A model generated the notes under the pieces. That model made no database searches. It was not told where the DNA came from and worked only from the letters and a program-made list of their open reading frames with translations. The translations under genes were made by a program, and so were the position numbers. From Felis catus (taxonomy: Eukaryota), in assembly GCF_018350175.1 (NCBI RefSeq), contig NC_058382.1, positions 59,150,001 through 59,214,000 of the forward strand: a stretch of 64,000 nt of DNA. Reading direction: 5' to 3'. Of the stretch, positions 46,240 to 58,614 are shown piece by piece (the first letter of the stretch is position 1; every line of letters begins with the position of its first letter).

Positions 46240-46640
46240 CTGTTTCAGTCATCTGTCGCGGCAGAACAAACCAGCCCAAACGCGGTGGCCAAGCCCAGCC
46301 ACTGTCGTATTTGCACACAATTCTGCGAGCCGGCCTGGGCTCAGCTGGGAGCTGTCTGCTCTCTTGAGGGTGGTCATCTGTGTGGTGACATTTGCACGGT
46401 GGTGGCTTTGCACGACCGGGACGCTGGGATGGCCGTACCTCTCTCCATGTGACCCTCCAGCAGGTGGTCAGACCTCTTCTGTGCCAGCTCTGGGCTCCCG
46501 GTGGTGAGAAGGACAAGCTGGCAGGCCCACAATGGCCACAGCCCCCCTTCCACCTTCTTTTAGCTCAGGTGGCCACAGTCCCAGCCAAGGCTGAAGGAGA
46601 GGGGACGGACAGGGCTGCGGAGCTCTGCAGGTGTGGCTTT
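46240..46640 (-). mobile_element. MaLR MLT1G/H-like solo LTR
   Basis: tgtttcagtcatctgtcgcggcagaacaaaccagcccaaac...tttgcacacaattctgc...gggctcagctggg...ctctctccatgtg. Confidence 0.65.
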
Positions 46641-46811
46641 GTGTGTCCCCCACGTAGGGCACCATCAAGGTGGCCCTCCTGTCCACCTGCTGGCTGGAGC
46701 CCAGACAAGAGCATCGGTCGCCTCAGGCCAGTGTTGTGGGCTCAGTGGGGGAAAAGGACATGCTACCCCCCCACCTTTCACTCTCTGGCCTCAACACAAT
46801 GGATTTGGGGA

Positions 46812-46963
46812 CCCCTACTCAAACTACCAGCCCTGTGGCGGGAACGTCCGCATCGACTGCAGACTGGTTAGAAATGAGCCTCCCAGACCCGGTGAACCAG
46901 GAGCAGCATTTTAACAAGACCCTTGGGGGACACGGATGCACCACCAGGCATGAGAAAGACCGT
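46812..46963. mobile_element. MER5A MITE
   Basis: ctactcaaact...ggttagaaatg...ccagacc...gcattttaacaagacccttggggga...catgagaaagacc. Confidence 0.65.
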
Positions 46964-48009
46964 GCCAGATGCCGCACTTAGAGGACTCACAGCTAGGTCC
47001 GCACAGAAGCCAGAGTCAAGGCGAGAGCCCGGCCGCCACCGTCCACACTACTCATGAGACGCACCCTGATATCAGGCCCAACTCGTCTGCCCCCAGACCC
47101 GACCCGGGATGCAGGGCCCCTGCTCACATCCAGCAGGACGGGGGGCGGGAGGCAGCTCGGTCTAGAACAATGCTGGCCTGGCACGTCCTGACCTGCCCTT
47201 TCGTCCTCCCTTCTGTAGAGAGAGAGAGAAGGCCGGCCTTGCTGCACTCCGGGCCCTTCCAACCCTAAGACTCTGGGAATCCAGGAAATCCCGATTTAGA
47301 TATGCGGCCTCGGAAACCGGCAACAGACAGACGGCGGGATCCGGAAGCCCCTGCCATTGTGAGCACGAAGTCTAGACGCTGACAAGGGGGCCACCGAGGC
47401 AGGAAGAGGTGAAAGTCCCCTTTCTCAGCCATGCACCTTCCAGGAAGCAATAACCACGCAGGTCTCAACAAAGCCGGCCGCGGCTGCCATCTGGTTACCC
47501 CGGAGCCCGTCCCGCGCGGCGGTGATTATCCTCTGGCGGTTCACGTCCAAACACTCACACGCCCAACCTAGTGCTTCCTCCCCGATAACACCAGTAGCAG
47601 GAGCTGCCCCCGTGTCATCCTGCACAAACAGGTGATGTTTATTTACAGCGTGTAAAAGGGGGCCATCTGACAGGCCGATGCCAGCTGAGAGCAGTGGGGT
47701 CTGATAAAGGCGGCTTATCACAAAGGATTAAGCAGATGTTATTTTCTCCCTGTTTGTTTGAAGTTCAGTGTTTGGACAATCGCTGCGAGCCCCAGCGTGG
47801 TCGGGGCCAAGTTTAACGAGGGCCACAGAGACCGCAGCGACGGCTCACTAAGGATGAAACAGAATCAGCAAGGCCAGCGCCGCGAACGAGGGAGGTCCAC
47901 CGCGGGATTATCAGGCTGGGCCTTGGCAGCTAGGGACAAAGTGTGGACCGATGGACCAGTTTGGCTCTGGACAAACAGCCACGTGAAGCAGAGCCTCTAT
48001 GTCGCGGGA

Positions 48010-48204
48010 CCCGGGCTTCTCAGCCTCGGCCGCACATCAGAATCACCCAGGCACCTTCTATCCCAGTCTCCGACCGCCCGGGGATCTGGTTAAAATGCAC
48101 ATCCTGACTCAGTACATCTCAGGTGGGGCCTGAGTTCTGTGTTCCCGACACCCTTCAGGGATGCTGGAACTGCCAGTCTGGGGACCACATTCTGAGTGGC
48201 AAGG
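48010..48204. mobile_element. MER5A MITE (possibly composite)
   Basis: cttctcagcctcggccgcacatcagaatcaccc...ggttaaaatgcacatcctgactcagt...ggtggggcctgag...ggggaccacattctgag. Confidence 0.7.
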
Positions 48205-48444
48205 CGGGGGGACTGCTGCTTGGGTGCCTCCAGCACGGCCCCCAAGTACTGCGTGAGGCCGACAGGGGTGGGGCGGGGGGAGGGGCTCAGAGATGCGATG
48301 GCCGAGTCCCTGCTGACGGGGGAGAGACGGGCGGAGCTCAGAGCCTGGGGTGCGAGTGTTGCCGTGTGAGACCAAACGAGCTGAACAGCCTGGGTTGTCT
48401 GGGCAATCGCCAAATTTGGCCCAGAGAATAAAATCTCAAGGGGA

Positions 48445-48518
48445 GATGCTTTTAAAAGCATCTCCATTGAGGTAGAATTCACTCGGCATAACCTCTGCCT
48501 GTTATAAGTGCACAGTCA
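48445..48518 (-). mobile_element. L1MB-type 3' terminal stub
   Basis: cattgaggtagaattcactcggcataacctctgcctgttataagtgcacagtca. Confidence 0.55.
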
Positions 48519-48731
48519 GGGGCGCCTGGTGGCTCAGTTGGTTAAGCATCCAACTTTGGCTAGGGTCATGATCTCACAGTGCGTGAGTTAGAGCCCCGCG
48601 TCGGGCTCTGTGCTGACAGCTCAGAGCCCGGAGCCTGCTTCCCATTCTGTGTCTCCCTCTCTCTCTGCCCCTCCCCTGCTCATGCTCTCTCTGTCTCAAA
48701 AATAAATAAACGTGAAGAAAATGTTTAAAAA

Positions 48732-48763
<32 letters not shown>
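48519..48763 (+). mobile_element. Carnivore SINE (SINEC_Fc-type) with long A tail
   Basis: Full body and an A28 run at 48736-48763; no clean TSD. Confidence 0.96.
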
Positions 48764-49164
48764 GAAGGGCCTTTCAAGCCACCATTTTCCTTTCCGGATG
48801 CCTGGAAATTGCAGGAGCCGTGCAGTGACAGCGATGATGACGGTCACTCACAAAGGGTGGCAGGACAGGAAGACCCACGTGCCCGGCACCACGACGGCAT
48901 TCTGAGGTTAGGACAATGGCCCTGGGGTACCTACCTGCAGACATTCGTGCGGGAAACAACCCAACAAAGGAATGCGTGTGAACACAGATTTACACGCCTA
49001 ACGGAGAGCTGTGGCCTACGTGGGCACCTCCGACCCGATGGCAGAGACAAGACCAGCTAAGTGGCCACGTTCGTGTCATCTTTCTCATGACACGAAAGTG
49101 CCCTGCCCCCTTCGCTATTCCAGGCAGACAGCAAACGGCAGGGAGGTCAACGTTCTCGTGTGCT

Positions 49165-49372
49165 GAGGTTTCTCAGGCTTGGCACTCGTGATGCGGGGGG
49201 TGAATGGTTCCGTGGGGGGTCGTCCTGTGCGTGGCGAGATGTTAAGCAGCATCTCTGGCCTCCGCCCACGAGATGCCAGTAACAGCTCTCCCCGGTGTGA
49301 CAACCGAAAACGTCCCTAGACATTGCCATGCGCCCTGGGGGAGGCACACGGGACCCCCTGGCGTAGACCACG
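49165..49372. mobile_element. MER20 hAT-Charlie MITE
   Basis: gtttctcaggcttggcact...gtcctgtgcgtggcgagatgttaagcagcatctctggcctccgcccacgagatgccagta...gtgacaaccgaaaacgtccctagacattgcca. Confidence 0.85.
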
Positions 49373-52300
49373 TAGGAAGCTGGGGCTGACTCTGCGAGGT
49401 GGTGTTCTCCCACGATCTCTTGCTGCCAGGCGGGAATGCAGGGGAGGAGGAGGTTAAACGGGGCTGGAGAGTCAGTGAGGAGGTGACGGCAACAGCCCAG
49501 GGGACGTGGGTGGCCTTGACCCAGGTGTGGCAGTGTAGGTGATGAGACGCGAGCCTTCCAGGAGGAGTCTGAAGGGCTCCTGACACAGTGGGAGGAGTGA
49601 AGATGCTGTTTTCTAAGAGGAGAAAGACTGGGCTGGGGCAGGTGGGCGGGAGAAACCAGACGGACGCGGATACGGGTGCTGACAGGAGCTGACAGGCTCT
49701 TCCATTGGCCAGGGCACGTTCTCTACCTTTGATAATGAGATTTCTGCCTCGGACCCACTCTCAGGCTTCAGGGGCCATAGCACAATGAAGGCGATTGCCC
49801 ACTGGCCACGGGGTTTGTCTGGAGAATTTCCAAACATTCTCCCAGATGAGGTTGAAATCCAGTTCTTCAGATCCCTACGGCCATTCGATAAATGCACCCG
49901 GTCGGAGCACTCACCGTTACTCATGGCCGGTCCGGTCATGGCGCCTCCGCGGCCCGAAGTGAAGAGACTGACCAACATGCTCGTTGAGTCCCGCTCTCCC
50001 CACGGGAACCTTGTCCATGGCGAGTGACAGTCACAAATGGCCCTGCCAGCATCCATATGACATCGCCTTGCAAAGTCTCCGCCCGGCAATGGCAAAAGCC
50101 GCCACCCCACTGCCCACACAGTCCCCGGTGCGGGACGGAACACCCCGTTTGTTTACAACACCCCATCTGGAATGTGCCCAAAGCACCCAGTGGAGACAGC
50201 AGCTCCCTTATCTGCACCACCTGTTTTCGATAGTTCTGTTTCTCACGAGCAAATCCTTGCACACACCCCAAAAATAACACGAGTAGGGTAAAGGGACACC
50301 GGCCCTCCTTGGTGCTGCCCTGAGCGTCACGCAAGCCACAAAAAACCCTCTTTGCAGATGAACAAAGATGGACACAGCAGAAGAAGGTTTATCGTGGGAG
50401 CTTTCTAGGGGCTGCGAGAGGCAGACCAGCCAAGCCGGCTTCGGGCTTTGCTGTCGGCAGGGATGTCCCCCCGGCATTCATCCCGCTCATCAGAGAGAAC
50501 ACAGACATCAAGCCAGAGGCAAACCGGAAACAGACTGCCGTCCAAAACCCACGTAGACCAGAGGCACGGAAAGCAGGTTGTGGACAAGGCTTGCGCGCCT
50601 CCGGCCGACGTGCTGGCGGCCTTTCTGGTCTCTCCATCCGTCGGGACGGACTAGGGGTGCCGCGATAGCACAGCCCAGCGGCGTCAGACAAAGGCTTGCT
50701 TCTCTTCCCAGTGGTGTAACCCCCGGGGGGCTGGCTAGGAGCCCCCCGCCACCTTTGTTACCAGCCTCCATGGCTCGGGCAGAAGGAGCCTCGGAAACCT
50801 GCACCCCGGATTTCACAGCTTCCGGCCAGAAGATACATCACTTCTGCACACAGGTAACTGGCCTCGCCTCAAAGACGCAGAGACGCATTTCTGGACGCGC
50901 CTGGAAGCTGGGGCCCGCCCCCGCGAGCAGCAGATCCCTCTCCTTTTCTGCGGCTTCCCGGATGCACACAGGTGGGTGGCCATTTTCACGGCCACATTAG
51001 TGCTGGTTTAAATACTAGTCGTCAGCCAGTGGATGTCAGTGCGAAACCCCTTGTCGCGTGTGCCGTGAAATCATTCTTTCATTCGCTCAGCAGTTGCACA
51101 CCGAGTGCCTACTGTGCGCTGTGTGTCACGCTGAGCAGTGTCCAATCACCATCCCGTCCGGTCCTTGGAACAACCCTGGGAGGCAGCGCCTGAGTCACAG
51201 CTGATGGCCGCAGACAACTGAGCTCACCTCAGAAGCTGTGCAGAAGGGAAGTTCGTCTGCGGATTTCTCTCCCGTGCTCCGGGAGGGCCAGGATCGGGCC
51301 CGGAGGCCCCGCGGCCAGCTTCGATGCCCAGCTCGCCTCTGACGTCTCCGGGAGACGGTATCGGGACTCGGAGGCCAGTGCCAGACGGCAGGGACGGAAA
51401 GTAGGCCGCCGCTTCCCCAGCCCGGCCCGCCTCCCGGGCTGCTTCCCTCCGAGGCAGGTGCCTCACACACCTCAGCCTCCCGCGGCGGCGTTGGGAGACG
51501 TGCCCCTCAGGAGCGGGACACGAAGAGACCGGGGACGCTTGGATGCTGCTGGTTTGACGCTCACTACAGGCAGTGCGTTCTGTGCACGACACACGGGGAC
51601 CCCAGGAGGGCCAAACACCCCAGCACCACCCCGAGGCTCCCCAGCTGCGAGGGGGCACAGCGGGGCCAGGCCGGGTCTGAGACCCAGCCAGTGCCCAGCA
51701 GCGAGCTCGGCCCAGGGGAATACAGCGTCAGGTCATCACGTGCACAGGGCACGCTCCGCTGGGGACTTTCCTGGCCAGGTAGCCGGACGCGCGTCCAGAC
51801 ATCCTCCACTGCCCTGTGACATCGAAGGCTCTCGAACCCGCAAGTGCAGGGGGCAGGCAGGCCCCCTCCTCCCCGGCGTCTCCCAGCCCCTGAACCGCAG
51901 CATGCAGCCCCAGGGCCCCCGAGTGCTGTCCGTGGCTCCCCGTCAACCGCCGGAGAGCCGTGCTCCCGCGGAACAGCGGGGCCTGGCAGGGAGGCACGTT
52001 CTCGGGTCGGGTTGATGCTCCTTCTCCAACCTCTCCACCGTGTGAGCATCTTGGGGGAGCCCCTCCCCAACCGGAAAACGGAAATAAAGCAACCATTGCC
52101 GAGTGGGGACAGCGAGCGTGACGGCCGTCTCCGAGCCGGGAAGGGCTTTCTGCAGACCAGCTGCCCGACGGCTTCGCCTCCCAATGATTTCGCCTCAGTT
52201 TGGCCAGACATTAGTGATGCTCTCCCTTCCTCACCGGCAGCACCATGACCCCAAGGACGGCTGGAGCACCGTCTTCGTTGGGAATACGACGCTCTGCGAA

Positions 52301-53414
52301 TGCCTGCTCAGCCCTGCCCGAGCCACGGTGCACGTGCCAGGGGCAACGGCCCTCTCTCTCGGCCTCCCCCTCTTCCCAGGCAGGCTGGCCACACGGCACC
52401 TGCCTCCACCCGCGGCGGGGACCTGGCCGACGCCAGCCAGCCGACACCAGAACGAGCCCCGTGCTCAGTGCCTGGCCCTGGTGATGGCCCCTGCCGACTC
52501 CCAACAAAACCAGGCACGCGAGGCGGACCCGCGCGGCAGGAAGGCCTCAGCCTGGCTCCAGCCTGGGGAGGGCGTCCCCGGACCTCACGACAGCGGCTCG
52601 GGAACGCAGCCGTGTCAGCGCCACACCCCGTGGACGCAGTCAGCGGATTAGCCCTGCATCTTCTATGAAGGAAGAAGGAAAAAGTCCTCCAGCTGAAAGC
52701 AAACCCGCTTCGAGCACTAACACATCCACTTAGAGAACCAGAAATCAGATATCTTGCGGCCTCCAGGAGCATGTTTTTTCATGTGACACAAGACTTTGCA
52801 CGAGCAGGAAAGGGCGTCTACTGTCCCACCGCCTGGGCCCCTCCCGCCCCTGTTCCCGGCCACACCTTCCCACCGCCCTGCCTGCCTTCCCTTCATCTTC
52901 GGGATGTGTCTCTCCCTCTCCGAGACGAACACAGGGTGGCCGCCGGACAGAACCCAAGCCGGGCGACCGGAAGGTCGGGGGCTTGTCCAGCTCTTCCTAC
53001 TCCGGGAGCCGAAAGCTGCATTTTCGCCACAGTCCCTGGGGCAGGAGGGGAGCTGACACGACTTCCCAAGCGGACGGGGCAGGGCGGTGTGGCTGATTTC
53101 GCCCGTGAACACAGCCAGCAGATGCCCACTGGGCACCACCGGCCTGACAGCTCCCAACGGAGGCCCCGAGAAGTTCCAGCCAGTGCTGCCCAGCCTGGGA
53201 CGCATCCTACCCACGAGATGACGTTACTGGGGACCTGGTGCTGCTCTCCTGACTACCCTATGACATCAGGAGGAAGGCTGCGGCGGTGGAGGGCGTCTCC
53301 AACGTGCACAGATTGCCCCTGTTAACAAGCTGGGATAGGCTTTTGCTCAAAGCCTTTGGCAAGGCCAGGATCCAGCGGAAGCAGATAAAACGGATTGCCG
53401 ACCAAGTGTGGGGG

Positions 53415-53780
53415 ATGGGCAGGTCAGGGAAGGCTTCCTGGAGGAGGTGATGGGCAAGCTGAAAGATGAGCTGGGGTCTGTCATGTAGAAGTGGGCAAGA
53501 GTGTTCTAGGCAGAGTGGAGAGTGTGGAGCAGTGAGGAACTCTGCCTCCTAAACTGGAGTTGAGAGGATGGTGACAGATGAGGCTGGACAGGTAGGGAAG
53601 GGCCTGGAGTCTCTGTTACAAAGTTTAGGCTCTGCACTGGGAGCAGGGGGGATACCTAGAGGGGTTTGTTTGTTTGTTTGTTTGTTTGTTTGTTTGAAGT
53701 AGGAAGTGGTGTTGTCAGGTCTCCATTTCCAAAACGTCACTCTGGCCTCAGTGGGAAGGATGGATTGGGAAGAGAGGTGG
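53415..53780 (-). mobile_element. L2 fragment containing a (TTTG)n microsatellite
   Basis: ggtcagggaaggcttcctggaggaggtga...gagtgttctaggcagag...agatgaggctggacaggtagg...tcactctggc; (tttg)8 at 53665-53696. Confidence 0.8.
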
Positions 53781-55306
53781 CTGGATGCCATGTGTGGTTG
53801 TGTAGGTGGGGCACTGCACAACTTGATGGGTGGCATTGTCCCCTCTCTGGTGACCTTGGCACTTGGAAAGGGCTGACACCATCTCGTGGCAGGGATTCCC
53901 ATTAGACAGTTGTCAAGGCAAGTTAGTGACAGATGTTGGGCATGGTTCCGAGAAATTCACACGTGGGTCAAAGAGGGCTTTGACCCTATGACTTGGAATC
54001 AGGCCTGGGGCACACCCGTTTGCCAGCTGGGTCCGTAAGTGTGTTCTCTGGGATCTTGGAGCCACTCAGAGGCAGTTTCTCATGGTGCTGATGCAATTTA
54101 AGCTTCAGGGCCTAACTTCTAGGCCCTTCTAGTGAGTTCGCAAGGTCGTATGTTTTTAGGAAACGTGCATAAGCAAGATATTTTTATTGCAATTGGCTAA
54201 GACTTCTCTGCCTTCCACTCTGACCAGCCCTCTGTCACTGCTGTTGGGTAGCACAGCAGTCTCGGCATGTGGCCAAGTGGATGAGCGGGGTCTGGGCTGT
54301 GAAGGACAGACAGAGGCGCTGGCATCTCTCGGGACGGTTGGGACACAGCCGGCTTCCTGGTGGAGGCAGGTCTTCCGGGCCACGCAGGCTGCTCGGTGCC
54401 GCCTCACCGGCCACCGCAAACTGAAGGTGCAGAACCTTCACGGAAGACAAAGATGCCCGCGATGCCAGACACGAGACGAGCGCGGTGGTAGAGGGCACAC
54501 GAGGTGTGGGGTGCACAGGCCCGCCACCAGTCTGTGGAAAGTTCCATGCAACAGATCGTAAACAGGGTCGTAAACGCAGGACTTGATTTTCTTGGAGTCA
54601 CAGTCAAATGGAAATTCATTTCCACCAGGAATGCGTGGACAGTGCGGTGGACGGGACGATGTGCGCACCACAACCTTTCAAGTCGTTCTTGGTGGGAACG
54701 GTAGACTTGATTAAGTTTGCCGTTATCACTGGAATTTGGAAAGGCATTTTGGGATATTTCAATAAAGCAAGTGAGAAATTACAGATTCCTAATTTGGACA
54801 TATCTGAAGGGTACCCTGTTTGGGGTCATTGTTTAAATTCCTTTATTAAAGAATCAAAGGGCAGATGGAGATAGATGGCGACACTCGTGAGACAGGAGAT
54901 CAACATCCCGACGTTGAGTTAGAACAAAACATCCAGATCGTAACGAAAGCTCCTATATGAAAGAAATTCCACAGGAGTTTCCCTAAAGTTGATGACAGTC
55001 TTGGAGTTTCCGGCAACATTTGCAGGTGGGGTCTACGATCCAGGTGGAAGTAAGTTGGGGCATCGTGGGGAGAAGCGACTCATGCCTCAAATGCCAGAAA
55101 ACACACAGAAATACACCGTGACTGACCTGCCAAAGGAAACACCCACCTTCCTTCTCCCTCTGTAGACAATGATGTGACCAACTTGGCGTCACATAAGAGG
55201 AGGTCAAATAGGCAGCCCCAGAAAATACCGGAAAAAAGAAGTATTACAGGTGTGTGTCGGGCTATTAATTAGTAAAACTATTACGTTAATGTGGACTCAG
55301 TGATGC

Positions 55307-55523
55307 TTTTTATTTTTTTATTATTTTCTTAATGCTTTTATTTTTGAGACAGAGAGCACGAGCAGGGGAGGGACACAGAGAGAGGGAGGCACAGAATGGG
55401 AAGCAGGCTCCAGCCTCTGAGCTGTCAGCACAGAGCCCGACGCGGGGCTCAAGCTCACAAACCGTGAGATCATGACCCGAGCCGAAGGTGGACCCTTGAC
55501 CAACTGAGCGCCCCAGGCTCTCC
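55307..55523 (-). mobile_element. Carnivore SINE (SINEC_Fc-type)
   Basis: Reverse body gaagcaggctccagcctctgagctgtcagcacagagcccgacgcggggctc. Confidence 0.95.
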
Positions 55524-56479
55524 TTGAGTTATTTTCCTTAAAGAAGCACCTCCAAATCGTATAAGGTTTGAACCCAATAAACTGGAGTCAGCAGATGGGG
55601 GCAGGAACACACCTCTGTACATCTAGCCCAGCCTGGGGCCCTTGGGGTAAGACCATCGGCAAGTAGAAAGGCTGTCGTGCAGGAGGCTCAGAGCCGTGGC
55701 GGACGGACGCGGCCAGACCACCGCGGCTCGGAGGGTGGATCGCAGCTCTGGGGGCCTTTGCCAGAGGCTCGCTCATTAACATCACTGAGCTCACATCTGG
55801 GAACTCGAGACCCCCACCCAGCCTCTGTCCTTGAGCCAAAACAACATGCTCTAAGCTCGGATACAGTCGAAAGTGAAACCACATGGTTGTTAAGGGTCTA
55901 AAAGCCCGTTTGAAGAAGGGCAGAGGGTCAGGAGAGAAGGAGCTGGGTTTACGAGATCGGGCACCTTCCTCAAGGAAGAGTCCACCTAGAATAGCCGGGC
56001 AAGGGGGCCGTCAGCGTTCCTGTCCACGGCGATGAGGAGGACTTGGCCTCGTGAGCTGGTCCCCTGGGAGCCTGGGGGGTTCAGAGACAGGGAGGGGGCT
56101 CGGGGGCACGGCTGGGGACAACCCTGAGCTGCAGGCCGGCAGGTGTCATGGAGGCCAGGACCGCGGGCACAGGTCCTTCAGACGCTCTCACGTGCCCGGA
56201 GAAGACCACTGAAACCCCAGGACGTTCGCGTCTTGCCCGAAGTCGCCATGAAATCTGGACAGCAAAGTGTTGGCTGGAAATCTGTCTTTTCCGCAGGAAC
56301 CTTCAGTCGTGTCGGTCAGACGGACACATAGCTGGTGCTCAGGCTTGTCATCTGATCTCATCACTGCTGCGGCTTCTAGAAAACACTTGTCACTCTTTCC
56401 ACAGTTCAAGGTGCCACCATCTATGACAACAATAGTATCGACATTGATAGGACCGTCCATCTTGCACTTGAGACAGCTG

Positions 56480-56660
56480 ATGAACGTCTTTCGTCATGAA
56501 ACTAGTCTCACGAGGACCCCAGCAAGGAGGGTCAGCGTCTGCTTTACAGGAGAGAAAACAGACCCGTATGTCTGTATGCACATGGGGTTTGTCCAAGGCC
56601 ATAGTTAGTAAGCAGGTTACTAAACTGGTTAGTAGGCAGCAGAACAGGGCTAGAGGCCTC
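56480..56660 (-). mobile_element. MIR fragment
   Basis: ctgctttacaggagagaaaacagac...tttgtccaaggccatagttagtaagc. Confidence 0.5.
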
Positions 56661-56869
56661 ACCGTCTTCATTCCAGCGTTTGGACTCTACTGGAAAGTTC
56701 TTGCAATGTTTCCTTTCAATTTCCCGGCCATAACACCAAGGAAAGAGTAGCCTGGGCGTTCCACGGATGATACCCGTCCTGCCCACCTGGCAGAGACTAA
56801 ATGTCCGTGTCCAGCTGGACGAGGGCGCCCCGTGAGCCCCAGGCCTCCGCGTGCGCTGCCCCACCCCCA

Positions 56870-57090
56870 CCCGCAGGACCTTCTCACCTTTCAGGTCACG
56901 TGCTGAGTTCTGGGGCCTCCCCGGGCCCCACCACGTAAAGGAGCCCTGCTGCCTTCCTCGTTCACCTTGATCATTCCTGCTCCTCACGGCCCGAAATGAG
57001 CTCCTTTGTTTCTTCTGTTGCTTCCTTCCCGTCTGGTTCACTCCGGTGCATGTTAAGTTCCAGGAGGACAGAAGGGTCCGATCGGAGAGA
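56870..57090 (+). mobile_element. L2 fragment
   Basis: ccttctcacctttcaggtcac...catgttaagttccaggaggacagaagg. Confidence 0.45.
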
Positions 57091-57269
57091 ATCCTTTTCT
57101 GTCGTCCGCGTCCGTCCAGAAGTGTCATAAGTGCAGATGACACGTATACCGTCTGGAGATCTTCCATGGGGCACTGATAATAAAGTGACCTCCTCGAGCA
57201 TCACTAGTACACACGTGCCGTGAAGGGGCCGAGGACAGATGGCCAGGTTGGGATCTGTGCTTTTCTGGC

Positions 57270-57400
57270 CGTAGAATCCGGGACAAGTGACGAGACACCT
57301 TTGAGCCTCAGCTTCCCCATCTGTGACATGGGTCTAACAGCGGTGCCCCGTCACTGGGCAGCTCTGAATACCACACGCAAACCTGAGGCACAACCCAGAG
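57270..57400 (+). mobile_element. MIR fragment
   Basis: ggacaagtgac...cctttgagcctcagcttccccatctgtgacatggg. Confidence 0.6.
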
Positions 57401-57486
57401 CCCGGCCCAGAGAGAGGGCTCGGCAAACACCAGCTAAGGGATGGTCTCAGCTGTGCAAGTAACGGGGCCGCCTGGTTCTTACTCCC

Positions 57487-57955
57487 CGCGATGGTTAAGC
57501 CTGTGTGTCAACCTGACCGGCCTCCGGGGGCCCAGATAGCGGGTGAGATGTTATTCCTGGGGAGTGTGGGAGGGTGTTTCTGGAGGAGGTTAGCACCGGA
57601 ATCGCAGACAGCGGGGGCCTCACCCAGTCCACTGAGGGAGGAACAGAACAAAACAGTGGGGGAAGGTGAATTTGGACTCCACAGGAGCTGGGACACCGTC
57701 TTCTCCTGTCCTTGCGCAGCTGACGCTCCCGGTTCCCAGGCATTTGGACTCACGCGGTGACGCCCACCCTCAGCCATCCCCCTCCGGCCTTCACACTCGG
57801 ACTGCATTGCACCCCCACTTTCCCGGCAGGCGGGAGACCATAGGACATCTCGGCCTCCGTAACTACGTGAGCCAATTCCGATCACAAATCTCCTCTTACG
57901 CATCTATGTGTCCAGTGTCCTATTGGTGTTGCTTCTGGAGAACCCTACGCACTGC
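57487..57955 (+). mobile_element. ERVL MLT2B-type solo LTR
   Basis: gatggttaagcctgtgtgtcaacctgacc...cccagata...gagggtgtttctggaggaggttagca...gcctccgtaactacgtgagccaattcc...cctattggtgttgcttctggagaaccct. Confidence 0.85.
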
Positions 57956-58359
57956 CACCTACACACTTAACCGTCCCTGTCACTGACAATGTTGTGAGGG
58001 AGCATGGGTCCACCGTCACTTGGTGAATGCATGGATGAGTGAGCGAGCGGATGAACGAATGCGTAACTAGCGAGCTGGACAGTCTGTGTCTGTCACCACT
58101 CCTCTTCTTACAAGGACACTGTTTCGGGAGGATGATCCTTTGGTAGGTTGTCAGTCTGGACGTCTGCAGGGACAGGCAGGTGACCCAAAGGGAAGAAACA
58201 GCAAACGTTCAGGTGTGACTTTGCTCCCAACCAGAGACGTTGAAATAGGGGAGTGTTTGAAACATGGCGGTCCCCAAAGGGAAATCCCTCCAGGTCTCCC
58301 GGCAAGCTGCCCGTCTGCGACCCCCGATGCACTGCATGGGGACACCTGCTTGCTGCTGA

Positions 58360-58614
58360 CAGGTCCCCAGTCCCTTCTACTGACACCGTCGGGGGCGGAT
58401 GTGTGCAGAAGTCAGAACTTCTATGGATTTCAGATGCGGTGTATACGCCCCACACCACGGCATTTCCCCGGCGGGTTTGGGCATTCGGTTAAATGGAGAT
58501 GAGGAATAGCCACGTGTCTGTTCAGGAACTATTCTGTTGCCAATTGAGGGTTTTTAAAACTTAGGTTTTCAGCTTTCTGGACGTTGGCATTGCCGAAAAG
58601 CTATCACAGGCCTG
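58360..58614. mobile_element. TcMar-Tigger-type MITE (MamRep434-like)
   Basis: Degenerate TIRs caggtccccagtccctt...aagctatcacaggcctg; internal gaagtcagaacttctatggatttcaga and ggttttcagctttctgga. Confidence 0.55.

Noticed and set aside
50578..53325. Dense overlapping 120-215 aa ORFs
   Set aside because: Pro/Gly/Arg/Ala-rich in all frames on both strands, as expected from stop-codon scarcity at high GC; no recognisable domain
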